Source: Alphaproteobacteria bacterium
Lineage (GTDB): Bacteria; Pseudomonadota; Alphaproteobacteria; GCA-2731375
Assembly (NCBI GenBank): GCA_965232515.1
Contig: CBDDPY010000002.1
Location: 5,504,001-5,568,000 of the forward strand
Length of the DNA: 64,000 nucleotides
Direction of reading: 5' to 3'
Part shown: in pieces, positions 1 through 11,604 of the stretch
Numbering within the stretch: position 1 is the stretch's first letter
Layout: each line of letters starts with the position of its first letter
Translations under genes and position numbers: made by a program
Notes under the pieces: model-generated
Told to the model about the DNA's origin: nothing
Databases searched by the model: none
What the model saw: the letters and a program-made list of their open reading frames with translations, nothing else

Positions 1-2
1 AT

Positions 3-818
3 ATCACCACCCAGGGCTACACCCTGCCGAAGCCCGAACAGACGCTGGTGCACGTTTATCCCGACGCGGCCGCCATCGGCGCCGTATTCCCGGCGACGCA
101 TGCCATGGTCGCCGATGCCGGGGCGTTCGTGGCGGCGCTCGCCGAACGCAACGCGCCGCCGGCGCCCACGGGCCGCACCGAATGGAATGCGCGTTTGCAC
201 GAGATCCATACCGGGCTCGCGGCCTGGTCGCCGATGGACGCCACGGACGGCGTCGATTTCGGCCATGTCGTGCGGCCGTTGATCGACCGGCTCGGCGACG
301 ACGCCATCCTGATCACCGATGCCGGCAATTTCAGCAGCTGGCTGCACCGCTATTACCCGTTCAAGGAAACCAATCTGCTGCTCGGCGCTGTCACCGGCGC
401 CATGGGGCTCGGCGTGCCGGCCGCTGTCGCCGCCGCGCTGCGCGAACCCGGCCGGCAGGTCGTCGCGCTGATCGGCGACGGCGGCTTTCTGATGACCGGC
501 AACGAGCTGGCGACCGCCGTCAAGGAGGGCGCGCGGATCTGCCTGATCGTCTCCAACAACGGCGCCTACGGCACCATCCGGCTGCACCAGGAAAAGAAGT
601 TCCCCGGCCGCACCATCGCCACCGACCTGTCGAATCCGGACTTCGCTACGCTGGCCCAGGCCTTCGGCGCCACCGGCCTGACCATCGAGGCGCCGGACCA
701 GGCGGCCGGCGTGATCGACCAGGCGCTGGCGGCCGACGGCCCCGTCGTGGTTGACGTGCGCAGCAGCCTCGATCACATATCTGCCTACGCCACCATCGCC
801 GGCCTCCGCGGCCACTGA
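3..818 (+). CDS. Thiamine pyrophosphate-binding enzyme (acetolactate synthase-like), 5' end outside window
   Basis: Frame open from position 3; TPP motif GDGGF...NN, TDAGN and GAMGLGVPAA segments. Confidence 0.9.
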   Translation: MTTQGYTLPKPEQTLVHVYPDAAAIGAVFPATHAMVADAGAFVAALAERNAPPAPTGRTEWNARLHEIHTGLAAWSPMDATDGVDFGHVVRPLIDRLGDDAILITDAGNFSSWLHRYYPFKETNLLLGAVTGAMGLGVPAAVAAALREPGRQVVALIGDGGFLMTGNELATAVKEGARICLIVSNNGAYGTIRLHQEKKFPGRTIATDLSNPDFATLAQAFGATGLTIEAPDQAAGVIDQALAADGPVVVDVRSSLDHISAYATIAGLRGH

Positions 819-847
819 ACCAAAACCAAACCGGACCTGTAACGACC

Positions 848-2947
848 GTGAACCGCACGCCCCATTCGCTCGACCCCCTGATCGATCCCAAGACCATGGC
901 CATCCTCGGCGCGTCCAACGACGTGCACAAATTCGGTGGCCGGCCGATCCGCTACATGCTGGAAGGGGGCTATACGGGCAAGATCTTCCCGGTCAATCCG
1001 AAGGGCGGCGAGATCCAGGGCCTGACCGCCTATGCCGACGTGCGCGACATTCCCGAACCGGTTGATGTGGCCGTTGTCTCGCTGCCGGCGCCCTACGTGG
1101 TCGATTCCGCCAAGGCCTGCGTCGAGGCCGGCGTGCGCTCGATGGCGATCTTCAGCTCCAGCTTCGCCGAGGTGGACGAGCAGGGCCGGCAATGGCAGGA
1201 ACAGCTCACCGAGATCGCCCAGAGTTCGGGCATGCGCATCATGGGCCCGAACTGCATGGGCATGCTGAACGTGCACAGCCGCGCCATCGGCACCTTTTCG
1301 TCCGCCTTCGAGCATGGCTGGCCGCGGCCGGGCGGCATCACCGTCTTCAGCCAGAGCGGCGCCGTCGGCTCGCACATCCTGGTGCTGGCGCGCGAGCGCG
1401 GCATTGGCCTGCGCGCCTTCGCCACCACCGGCAACGAATGCGACGTCGACGTGGCCGACTGCATCTCCTACGGCGCCGAAGACCCCGAGACCAAGGTCAT
1501 CGTCGTCTACATGGAAGGCTGCAAGCACCCGGACCGGCTGATCGCGGCGCTCGAGTCGGCCCGCCGCAACCGCAAGCCCGTCATCGTCATGAAGGTGGGC
1601 GCATCTGACGTGGGCGCCATCGCCGCCAGCACGCACACGGCCTCGCTCGCCGGCGCCGATGCCGTGTTCGACGCCATCTTCCGACAATATGGCGCCTACC
1701 GCGTGCATTCGCTGGACGAGATGATGCTGATGGCCGGCGCCTGCGCCGCGGGCAAGTTTCCGGCCGGCCGCCGGCTCGGCATCGTCACCATCTCCGGCGG
1801 CGTCGGCGTGCTGTCGAGCGACACGGCCGCCGCCTGCGGCCTCGAGGTGCCGGCCCTGCCGGAAAAGGCCCAGGCCGAGCTGAAGGAACTGATGCCCTTC
1901 GCCGCCGTGCGCAACCCGGTCGACACCACGGCGCAGATGCTGAACGACGTCAATCTGCTGAAGCGCAACATGGAGGTCATCCTCGACCACGGCGATTGCG
2001 ACGCGGTGATGGTGTTCCTGACCAGCGTCGGCTTCGCCGAGCGCATGATGTCGCAGATGCGCGAGCTGCTGCCGGCCATGCGGTCTGCCTATCCCGATCG
2101 GCTGATCGTGCTCTCCATGCTGGCGAAGCCCGACGATATCACCATGCTCGAAAGCCACGACTACCTGATCGTCGAGGACCCCTCGCGCGCCATCGAAGCG
2201 ATCGCCGCCATGGCCGGCTTCGGCGAAAATTTTGCGCGGCCCGCGCCGCAGGCGCCGCTGCCGGTGCCCGCGACGGCCCGTCCGGCCCCGGCCGAGACCT
2301 TGAGCGAGGTCGAGGCTGCGAAGCTGCTGTCGGACGCCGGCCTGCCGGTGGTCGAGACCCGGCTCGCAACCTCGGCGGCCGAGGCGGCGGCGGCAGCCGA
2401 CGCGCTCGGCTATCCCGTGGTCATGAAGGTCGTCTCGGCCGCGATCCAACACAAATCCGACGTCGGCGGCGTGCGCCTGAATTTGGGATCGGCCGCCGAC
2501 GTCGAGGCCGCCTACGCCGCGATCATGGAGTCCGTCAGCCTCAAGCAGCCCGACGCCGCCATCGACGGCGTGCTGGTCGCGCCCATGGTCGGTGGCGGCG
2601 TCGAGACCATTTTGGGCACCTACACTGATCCGGTCTTCGGTCCCGTGGTGCTGTTCGGCCTGGGCGGGGTGTTTGTGGAGGTACTGAAGGACGTCACCTA
2701 CCGCGTCGCCCCGTTCGGCCTCGACGAGGCCCACCGCATGATCCGCGAGGTCAAGGGCTTCGCCATGCTGGAAGGCGTCCGCGGCCAGGCCCCCGCTGAT
2801 CTGGACGCCCTCGCCGAGGCGCTCACCCGCCTCTCCGTCTTCGCCCACGACAACCGCGACACCGTCGACAGCATCGACGTCAACCCGTTCCTGGTGCTGG
2901 AGAAGGGCGCGGTGGCGGTCGACGCGCTGATCGTCCCGAAGAAATAG
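848..2947 (+). CDS. Acetate/acyl-CoA ligase (ADP-forming), fused CoA-binding, ligase and ATP-grasp domains
   Basis: GPNCMG, SQSG, SHTASLAG-like phospho-His segment (STHTASLAG), NPVD, HKSDVGGV, DPVFGP. Confidence 0.92.
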   Translation: MNRTPHSLDPLIDPKTMAILGASNDVHKFGGRPIRYMLEGGYTGKIFPVNPKGGEIQGLTAYADVRDIPEPVDVAVVSLPAPYVVDSAKACVEAGVRSMAIFSSSFAEVDEQGRQWQEQLTEIAQSSGMRIMGPNCMGMLNVHSRAIGTFSSAFEHGWPRPGGITVFSQSGAVGSHILVLARERGIGLRAFATTGNECDVDVADCISYGAEDPETKVIVVYMEGCKHPDRLIAALESARRNRKPVIVMKVGASDVGAIAASTHTASLAGADAVFDAIFRQYGAYRVHSLDEMMLMAGACAAGKFPAGRRLGIVTISGGVGVLSSDTAAACGLEVPALPEKAQAELKELMPFAAVRNPVDTTAQMLNDVNLLKRNMEVILDHGDCDAVMVFLTSVGFAERMMSQMRELLPAMRSAYPDRLIVLSMLAKPDDITMLESHDYLIVEDPSRAIEAIAAMAGFGENFARPAPQAPLPVPATARPAPAETLSEVEAAKLLSDAGLPVVETRLATSAAEAAAAADALGYPVVMKVVSAAIQHKSDVGGVRLNLGSAADVEAAYAAIMESVSLKQPDAAIDGVLVAPMVGGGVETILGTYTDPVFGPVVLFGLGGVFVEVLKDVTYRVAPFGLDEAHRMIREVKGFAMLEGVRGQAPADLDALAEALTRLSVFAHDNRDTVDSIDVNPFLVLEKGAVAVDALIVPKK

Positions 2948-2994
2948 CCCTCACCCTCCCGCACGACGATAGTCGTGTGGGAGGGTGAGGGCTA
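2945..2994. repeat. Palindromic repeat (CCCTCACCCTCCC family) between convergent genes, possible terminator
   Basis: TAGCCCTCACCCTCCC ... GGGAGGGTGAGGGCTA inverted arms; related to element at 6426. Confidence 0.75.
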
Positions 2995-3007
2995 CGGCGC
3001 AGTCGAC

Positions 3008-3559
3008 CTACCGCACCTCCGTCACCGCCTCCGCCCCACGCTCAATCAGGCGCAGGCTCGCGCCATCGCTCTCCAGCACCGTCACCGAACAATTGTCCGG
3101 CCGGAAACCGACCACGCGGTCGTCGCCCGTCGCCGCGCCGACGGCGACGTTGATGGCGATGAAGTGGCTGACCACGACCGTATCCTCGGCAATCGCGGCC
3201 AGCCGGTCCACCACGCCCTGCCGCCACGGCGACAGGCCGTCATCGGCTTCAGCCCAGGTCCCGGCCATGATGCCGCGCAGCCAGTCGCCGCGCGCGGCCA
3301 GATTGTCGCTCGGGCTCGGCACCTCGGCGACATCAGGCTCGATCACGGCCTGCGCCCGCCAGCGCGTTTCCAGCGGCACGGCCGTCTCGCGCGTGCGCCG
3401 CAAGGGACTGCAGATAATCGGCAGCGGTCCCAGCTCGGCCAACCGCGCCGCCATCGCCTCGGCCTGCGCCCGGCCGGTGTCGTCCAGGCCGGGGTCGGGA
3501 TCGGCGTCCCAGCCGGCCGCGGCCTTGCCGTGCCGCACCAGAAAAAGCCGCGCCGGCAT
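3008..3559 (-). CDS. Histidine phosphatase family protein
   Basis: LVRHG, SPLRRTRETA, VSH motifs; ATG at 3559 overlaps upstream TGA. Confidence 0.88.
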   Translation of the reverse strand: MPARLFLVRHGKAAAGWDADPDPGLDDTGRAQAEAMAARLAELGPLPIICSPLRRTRETAVPLETRWRAQAVIEPDVAEVPSPSDNLAARGDWLRGIMAGTWAEADDGLSPWRQGVVDRLAAIAEDTVVVSHFIAINVAVGAATGDDRVVGFRPDNCSVTVLESDGASLRLIERGAEAVTEVR

Positions 3560-4191
3560 CAGTACATGGTCTTCTTGATGCTGTCCTGAACGCGCGTCTC
3601 GGCCTCCTCGGCGGTCATGCCGGTCTCGACCTGGTCGGTGATCATCTTGCCCAGCGTCGGCAGGGTTTTGCGGTCGATCTTGTAGTCCTCCTGCCACAGC
3701 TTGGCCCGCCGCAGCGCTTTCGAGCAGTGCAGGAAGGCCTCCTCGACGTCGATCCGGATCGCTGTCTTCGGCGTCTTGCCGTTCACCACCATGCCGGCCA
3801 GCAGATCCGCGTCCTCCGTGATCGAGGCCCGGCCGTTGACCCGTACGGTCTCGTCGACGCCGGGAATGAAGAAGATCAGGCCGACATGCGGGTTGGCGAT
3901 GATGTTCGACATCGTGTCCAGCCGGTTGTTGCCCGGCCGGTCCGGGATCAGCAGCGTGCGGTCATTGAGAATGGTCACGAAGCCTGGCGCGTCGCCGCGC
4001 GGCGAGTTGTCCGCCCCGCCGTCGGGCCGCGACGTGGCGATGCAGCAGAACGGCGACAGGCCGATGAAGCGGCGGATATGAGGATCGATCCGCGGCAACG
4101 ACTTCTTCGCCGCCAGCGGCGAGACTTGACCGTATTTGCCGCGCAGATCGTCTTCCGTGTCGACCTTATCCTGGCTTACCCGTGCGTCCAT
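3559..4191 (-). CDS. Pyridoxamine 5'-phosphate oxidase-like flavin-binding protein (MSMEG_1061 type); alternative start 4215
   Basis: SPRGDAPGFV, PDRPGNNRLD, ETVRVNGRA, HCSKA. Confidence 0.88.
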   Translation of the reverse strand: MDARVSQDKVDTEDDLRGKYGQVSPLAAKKSLPRIDPHIRRFIGLSPFCCIATSRPDGGADNSPRGDAPGFVTILNDRTLLIPDRPGNNRLDTMSNIIANPHVGLIFFIPGVDETVRVNGRASITEDADLLAGMVVNGKTPKTAIRIDVEEAFLHCSKALRRAKLWQEDYKIDRKTLPTLGKMITDQVETGMTAEEAETRVQDSIKKTMY

Positions 4192-4329
4192 GACCCGTTC
4201 CCTGTGCGTCTGCATCCGGCCCGCATTCTAGAGCTTTTGCGCCAAGGCAGACATCCCGGATTCGTGCTATGCATCGGGTCAAGCTGGTCAACAGCACACC
4301 TATTCCGCACATCTAGGGAGAAGCGCGAC

Positions 4330-6417
<2,088 letters not shown>

Positions 6418-6425
6418 GCCAGTTA

Positions 6426-6550
6426 GCCCTCACCCTCCCACGGACTAGCGTCCGCGGGCCCCTCCCTCTCCCGCGCGCGGGAGAGGGGCAACAAGCCGCA
6501 GCGGCAACAGCCCCCTCTCCCGTTTACGGGAGAGGGATGGGGTGAGGGCC
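6426..6550. repeat. Composite palindromic repeat with two CCCTCTCCC-N-GGGAGAGGG hairpins
   Basis: Outer CCCTCACCC/GGGTGAGGG arms enclosing internal hairpins, between convergent genes. Confidence 0.8.
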
Positions 6551-6591
6551 AACTGCCGCTGACGACAGTCTTACCCATTCCAGAAGCGTGT

Positions 6592-7758
6592 TCACTCCGA
6601 CCCCCGCACCGCCGGCAGCACGTATCGGTGCAGCATGTGGAAGATCTGTTTCTGCTTCGCCAGATTGCGGAAGCCGAAATTGTTGCCGGTCGTGACGACG
6701 ACGAGGTCATAGGCGGGCACGGCGACGACGAACTGACCGCCGTTGCCCCAGCTATGCACCAGCCGGACGTCGCGCCCGTCGACCGGCAAGTCGGTCTGGA
6801 ACCACTGATACTGATACCGGGAGGGCCGCCGGAACGCTGCGCCGTCGGCGAGCGAGCGGGTCCATGACCAGTCCGTCTCGACGCCGTCCGTCAGGATCGC
6901 GGCGATCCAGGCGGCTGGCACCACCTGCCGGCCTTGCCATTGTCCGCCGGACACCAGCAACTGCCCGATCTTGGCGAGATCGCGCGGCCGCATCCGGGCG
7001 CCGCCGTGCATCGCCAGATGCGTCGACCCATACCCACCCGGCAGATAAGCCGTAATGCCCAGCGGCCACAGCAGCCGCTTGTCCAGATAGGCTTGCATGC
7101 TGAAGTGCAGGTTCCTGATCAGCGCCGATTTCAGCGCGATGCCCAGGAGATAGGTGTTGGACGAGCAATAGCGCCAACGCGTGCCGGGCGCGGCCGCCAT
7201 CGGCAGTCCGAAATGCCCGACCAGGACGTCCGCAGTCTTGTTGATCTTGTCCTCGCGGAACGGGCGTCGGCCCGGCATCTCCGAACAGTCGAAACCGGAC
7301 GACATCTGCAGCAGGTCGCGGACCGTGATCGTCTGCTTGTCGGCGGCGTCGTCCGGCGTATGAAACCGGGCGATCAACGGCAGGACCGGCTGCTCCAGGC
7401 GCAGAAAGCCGTCGTCGATGGCAATGCCGGCGAGCAGGCCCATGATGCTTTTGAACGCCGACCGCGTCTCGTGCGGGCTCTCGGGCGTGAAGTCGCCGTA
7501 ATAGCGGTCGACCAGCAGCCTGCCGTGCCGGGCCAGCGTAAAGCTGTCGATGCCGGCATAACCGCTGTCGTCGATCCGCTTGATCATGGCCGCGATCGGC
7601 TTGGGGTCGATGTTCTCTGCCGCCAACGTCGAGATCGGCCAATCGTCGCCGATGTCGGTGGGGGTCTGTTCGGCCCACGCCATCCCGCTCCCGCCGCCGG
7701 CGCAGGCCGCAAGGCCGATCAGCGCGAAACCGAGGGCGAACGGCGCTAGCGATCCCAA
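6592..7758 (-). CDS. Serine hydrolase, beta-lactamase class C-like, probably exported
   Basis: SxxK (SAFK), LLQMSSG, YCS, PRDLAKIGQL, GNGGQ; hydrophobic N-terminus with possible lipobox LAAC; start uncertain. Confidence 0.85.
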   Translation of the reverse strand: MGSLAPFALGFALIGLAACAGGGSGMAWAEQTPTDIGDDWPISTLAAENIDPKPIAAMIKRIDDSGYAGIDSFTLARHGRLLVDRYYGDFTPESPHETRSAFKSIMGLLAGIAIDDGFLRLEQPVLPLIARFHTPDDAADKQTITVRDLLQMSSGFDCSEMPGRRPFREDKINKTADVLVGHFGLPMAAAPGTRWRYCSSNTYLLGIALKSALIRNLHFSMQAYLDKRLLWPLGITAYLPGGYGSTHLAMHGGARMRPRDLAKIGQLLVSGGQWQGRQVVPAAWIAAILTDGVETDWSWTRSLADGAAFRRPSRYQYQWFQTDLPVDGRDVRLVHSWGNGGQFVVAVPAYDLVVVTTGNNFGFRNLAKQKQIFHMLHRYVLPAVRGSE

Positions 7759-8447
7759 AAGAACACCTGCTCCATGCTGGTCAGGTGGTTGTCGAGCTTG
7801 CTGTAGTTGGTCGGCGTCAGATTCAGCGCCTTGACCATGCGCCGCACGATCCGGCCGTCGATCACATCGGCGTCGATGATGTTGAGGCAGCCCGGGTCCT
7901 GCTCGAAGGCGCCGAGACCGGCGAGCCCCGCGCCCGTCACCCAGGACAGCAGCGTGCGGTTGGTGCCGTCATGCGCCACCAGCAGCATCGTCGTCCAATC
8001 CGGCTGCAGCAGGATGGTCCGGAACACCGCCGTCACCCGGGCCTGGAAATCCGCGTAGGCTTCACCACTGGCAAAACGCGCGCCCGGTTCGGCGGCGCGC
8101 TCCATGCCGTAGACGAACTCGGCCTCGACCCGCTCACGCGACGGATCGACAAGCTTGCCGAGCCGGATCTCACGCAGTCCGCCGATCTCGGCCAGCGGCA
8201 GGTCGCGGCCGTTCAGCACCGTCTCGGCCGTTTGCCGCGTGCGCGGCAGGCCGGTATGCGCGGCCCGGTCGAACGGCACGTTTACCAGCAATTGGCCCAT
8301 GGCCCGCGCCTGCGCCTCGCCGTCGTCGGTCAGGCGCACCTCGTGCGGGTTCACCGGTCTGCCGTCGGCAGTGAAATAACGCACCTCGCCATGCCGCATC
8401 AGATAGATGCGGCGACGGCCGTTGGTGCCAGGCAGTCCGTGGGTCAT
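7746..8447 (-). CDS. Histidine phosphatase family protein
   Basis: YLMRHG, RTRQTA, LREI, VAHDG. Confidence 0.88.
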   Translation of the reverse strand: MTHGLPGTNGRRRIYLMRHGEVRYFTADGRPVNPHEVRLTDDGEAQARAMGQLLVNVPFDRAAHTGLPRTRQTAETVLNGRDLPLAEIGGLREIRLGKLVDPSRERVEAEFVYGMERAAEPGARFASGEAYADFQARVTAVFRTILLQPDWTTMLLVAHDGTNRTLLSWVTGAGLAGLGAFEQDPGCLNIIDADVIDGRIVRRMVKALNLTPTNYSKLDNHLTSMEQVFFWDR

Positions 8448-8483
8448 GCGAGATCGGTGCGCAACGTGGTCGTTCGCACTAGG

Positions 8484-8753
8484 TTAACCCACATTTCTCA
8501 CCCCCATCACGGTCTGCGTCGCACGCAGGCGCCCGCTCCGCCAGGAGCGGGCCGAAAAGCGTAGTGGGACTACGGTTGAGGGCCGCGACGCCGCGGGCGG
8601 GCGCCTGCGCGCGACCCTTCGGGCGGCGCCGTGCTGCCGACAGGGGGCGTCGCGTTGCTTGCCCGATGCCCCACATCGCGCCGCGCCGCGCTCCTGCCCT
8701 GTCGACAGCACGACGCCGCGCAGACCATGATGGGGGTGAGAAATGCGGGTTAA
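8484..8753. mobile_element. MITE-like non-coding element with 35-bp terminal inverted repeats
   Basis: TTAACCCACATTTCTCACCCCCATCACGGTCTGCG versus reverse complement of right end TTAACCCGCATTTCTCACCCCCATCATGGTCTGCG (2 mismatches); hairpin-rich interior. Confidence 0.7.
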
Positions 8754-8799
8754 GCCGCAGCGGCGCACGCCGTCGAGCAGATCCGTGGGGAGGCAGAAC

Positions 8800-9240
8800 G
8801 TGACGAAGATCCTGGTCATCAACGGACCGAACCTGACATATCTCGGCAAGCGCCAGCCCGAGCTCTACGGCACCACCACGGCGTCCGAGCTCGACGACAT
8901 GCTGCGGGCGCACGCGGCCGAGAACGGCTACGAACTCGACATCTTCTACACCCATGTCGAGGGCCACGCCATCGAGCGGGTCTATCAGGCCGTCGAACAG
9001 GGCTTCGATGCTCTGGTGATGAACCCCGCCGGCATGACCTACGCCGGCTACGCCATGCGCGACTGCCTGCTCGCCGTCGAGCCCGACCTGCCCTATGTCG
9101 AGGTCCACATCACCCACATCGAACGCCTCGGCAAGCGCTCGGTCACGGCCGAACCGTCCATCGGCATGATCTTCGGCTTCGGCGTCAAAGGCTACCTCCT
9201 CGGCCTCGACGCGGCACTGATGCACCTGGGCAAGAAGTAG
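8800..9240 (+). CDS. aroQ: Type II 3-dehydroquinate dehydratase homolog (divergent)
   Basis: NGPNL..LGKRQPELYG, NPAG, EVH, GFGVKGY; GGGAGG before GTG. Confidence 0.8.
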   Translation: MTKILVINGPNLTYLGKRQPELYGTTTASELDDMLRAHAAENGYELDIFYTHVEGHAIERVYQAVEQGFDALVMNPAGMTYAGYAMRDCLLAVEPDLPYVEVHITHIERLGKRSVTAEPSIGMIFGFGVKGYLLGLDAALMHLGKK

Positions 9241-9279
9241 CGGTTCGGCGCGGCGCAAAGGTACGTCCGGTCAATGCCG

Positions 9280-9368
9280 CTGGATGCCCGGATCAAGTCC
9301 GGGCATGACGATTAAGGTATTGATCCAGAACTCTGTTCGTCATTGCCGGGCTTGACCCGGCAATCCAG
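9280..9368. repeat. Pair of REP-like palindromes (GTCAT-stem-ATCCA family)
   Basis: TGGATGCCCGGATCAAGTCCGGGCATGAC and GTCATTGCCGGGCTTGACCCGGCAATCCA in opposite orientation. Confidence 0.85.
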
Positions 9369-9385
9369 GCTGCCGAGCGACATGG

Positions 9386-10330
9386 TTATGCCAACGAAAC
9401 GTCAGGCATGGCGGCGGCGGGGATGATGGCGCCGCGGTGACGGATGACCTCGGCCGCCAGGCGATGGCCGGTGCGCGCCGCCGCTTCCGGATCGCCGCCG
9501 GCGAGGCGCGTCGCCAGATAGCCGGCATTGAAGGAATCGCCCGCCGCCGTCGTGTCGACCGGCGTGGCAACGGCGTCCGTTCCCACATCGACCCGCCGGC
9601 CGTCATGCCGGATGGCGCAGGCCTGCGGGCCGTTCTTGACCACAATTTCCGCGACGCCCAGCGCCGCCATGCGGTCGATGCAGGCATCCGCGTCGGCGAC
9701 CCCGAACAATGCCTGCTCATCGTCGAGTGTCGGCAGGGCGATGTCGACGTGCTGCAGCATCTCGTTCATCACCGCCTGCGCCTCGACCGGATCCGGCCAG
9801 CCGCGCGGCCGGTAGTTGCTGTCGAAGGCCACAACGGCGCCGTTGCCGCGCGCCTGCCGTACCAGATCCGTAAGCGCCGCCCGGCCGTCGCCGTCCAGGA
9901 TCGACAGCGTGATGCCCGAGAGATAGAGCATGTCGTGCCCGTCCAGCCGCTCGGCGAGCGCGCCCGCCTCGGCGGACCTGAACAGATCCCGCGCCGCGGC
10001 GGCCGAGCGCCAGTAGTAGAACGAGCGCTCGCCGGCCGTGTCGGTGCGGATGACGTAGAGCCCGGGCAGCCGGCCGGGCAGGCGGGCGACGAGATCGGTG
10101 CCGACGCCTTCCTTGCGCCAGGCGACGACCATCTGATCGCTGTAGGGATCGTCGCCAAGTGCGGTCACATAGTCCACCGCGATACTGGCCTTGGCGCCGA
10201 GCCGGGCCAGGTAAACGCTCGTGTTTAGCGTGTCACCGCCGAAGGCCAGCGTCATGCTGCCGTCGCCCAGGTCGCTCAGCTCGATCATGCACTCGCCGAT
10301 GGCGGCAAATCTTTTTCCGTCCCCTGTCAT
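9386..10330 (-). CDS. kdgK: 2-keto-3-deoxygluconate kinase (PfkB family)
   Basis: IGECMIEL, GGDTLN, FDSNYRP, DTTAAGDSFNAGYL; adjacent to eda. Confidence 0.9.
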   Translation of the reverse strand: MTGDGKRFAAIGECMIELSDLGDGSMTLAFGGDTLNTSVYLARLGAKASIAVDYVTALGDDPYSDQMVVAWRKEGVGTDLVARLPGRLPGLYVIRTDTAGERSFYYWRSAAAARDLFRSAEAGALAERLDGHDMLYLSGITLSILDGDGRAALTDLVRQARGNGAVVAFDSNYRPRGWPDPVEAQAVMNEMLQHVDIALPTLDDEQALFGVADADACIDRMAALGVAEIVVKNGPQACAIRHDGRRVDVGTDAVATPVDTTAAGDSFNAGYLATRLAGGDPEAAARTGHRLAAEVIRHRGAIIPAAAMPDVSLA

Positions 10331-10376
10331 GCCGCGACTATAGTGGCGGCGGATCGCAGAGGTAACGGGAAATGCT

Positions 10377-10997
10377 ATGGCCGCGAGCAAGGACATCGCC
10401 GAGATCCTGAAGCTCGGCCGCGTCGTGCCAGTGCTCACCATCGAGCGGGTGGAAGACGCGGTACCGCTGGCCGAAGCGCTCGTAGCGGGCGGCCTGCCGG
10501 CGCTGGAGATCACCTTCCGCACCGACGCGGCGCTCGATGCGGTGCGAGCCGTGGCGAAGGTTCCGGGCGCGGTCCCGGGCGTCGGCACGCTGACCCGGGC
10601 GGACGAATTCGCCGCCGCGGCGGCGGCCGGGGCGCGTTTCGCCGTCAGTCCCGGTTTCCTGCCCGAGCTTGTGGCGGCCGCCGGCGATATGCCCTATCTG
10701 CCGGCCGTTGCCACGGCATCCGAATGCATGGCGGCGCGGGCCGCCGGCTTTTCCCATCTGAAGTTCTTTCCGGCGGGTCCCGCCGGCGGCGTGGCGGCGC
10801 TGAAGGCGCTTGGCGGGCCCTTCGCCGATCTGCGTTTCTGTCCGACCGGCGGCGTCAATGCCGACAACGCGGGCGACTATCTGGCGCTTGCCAACGTGGT
10901 CTGCGTCGGCGGTTCCTGGGTGGCGCCGCGTGACGCGGTCGCCGCCGGCGACTGGGCGCGTATCGAACAGCTTGCCCGCGCCGCCAGCGGCTTGTGA
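10377..10997 (+). CDS. eda: KDPG/KHG aldolase
   Basis: EITFRT, GVGT, FAVSPG, LKFFPA, FCPTGG, VGGSW. Confidence 0.95.
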   Translation: MAASKDIAEILKLGRVVPVLTIERVEDAVPLAEALVAGGLPALEITFRTDAALDAVRAVAKVPGAVPGVGTLTRADEFAAAAAAGARFAVSPGFLPELVAAAGDMPYLPAVATASECMAARAAGFSHLKFFPAGPAGGVAALKALGGPFADLRFCPTGGVNADNAGDYLALANVVCVGGSWVAPRDAVAAGDWARIEQLARAASGL

Positions 10998-11014
10998 GGT
11001 TTTAGATCGGGACG

Positions 11015-11473
11015 TCAGGCCGTCGCGGTCTGCGGCGTCGGACGCCCGAACACGTACTTTATACTGCCGATCAGCGGCACGGCGATCAGCGCGATCAGCG
11101 GCAGGTTGGCGATCACCAGCACCGGCGCGCCGAACGACAGCGCCACCCAGGTATCGATCACGAACCAGACGTCGACGCTGATGACGATCGCCCACCAGGC
11201 CCACGCCTCGCGGTTGCCGAAGGGCTTCCAGGCAACGAAGAAGAGCAGCAGACCCCAGCCCACGGTCATGGCCCCGATCAGGCCGTAGATGAAGGTCTGA
11301 TAGGCCAGCATTTCGGCCGGCGGCTGCGCCGTGCCGAAGAAGCTGGCGTTGATCGGGTCGTTGATCGGCGCGAACAGCCCCGAGGTGCCGAAGAACAGCA
11401 TGGCGAGCCCGTACAGGATCACCACGTCGGCCATCAGCATCATCATGCGGTGCCATATTTTGAACATGTCCAT
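11015..11473 (-). CDS. Hypothetical membrane protein (about 4 TM)
   Basis: Four hydrophobic segments; GGAGGA before ATG; divergent from regulator. Confidence 0.75.
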   Translation of the reverse strand: MDMFKIWHRMMMLMADVVILYGLAMLFFGTSGLFAPINDPINASFFGTAQPPAEMLAYQTFIYGLIGAMTVGWGLLLFFVAWKPFGNREAWAWWAIVISVDVWFVIDTWVALSFGAPVLVIANLPLIALIAVPLIGSIKYVFGRPTPQTATA

Positions 11474-11604
11474 GTCCTCCAATCGGTCCAAGGATGCCGT
11501 CACCATCGCGCCGCCGAGGTGGGCGTCTCAATTACGTCGGAGGTAATGTTGCCGCGTTGCCGACTGGCCTAATCTGTCCGAGCTTGGGCAAGGAGTTGTC
11601 GGTC

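Noticed and set aside
785-2848. Long antisense ORFs (also 17314-19194, 21050-22621, 41118-42941, 43085-45172, 55244-57016)
   Set aside because: Shadow frames of well-supported genes in high-GC DNA; no recognisable motifs.
3727-4329. N-terminal extension of the 896-aa FadB-like ORF
   Set aside because: Overlaps the opposite-strand PPOX-like gene; homology and RBS begin at 4330.
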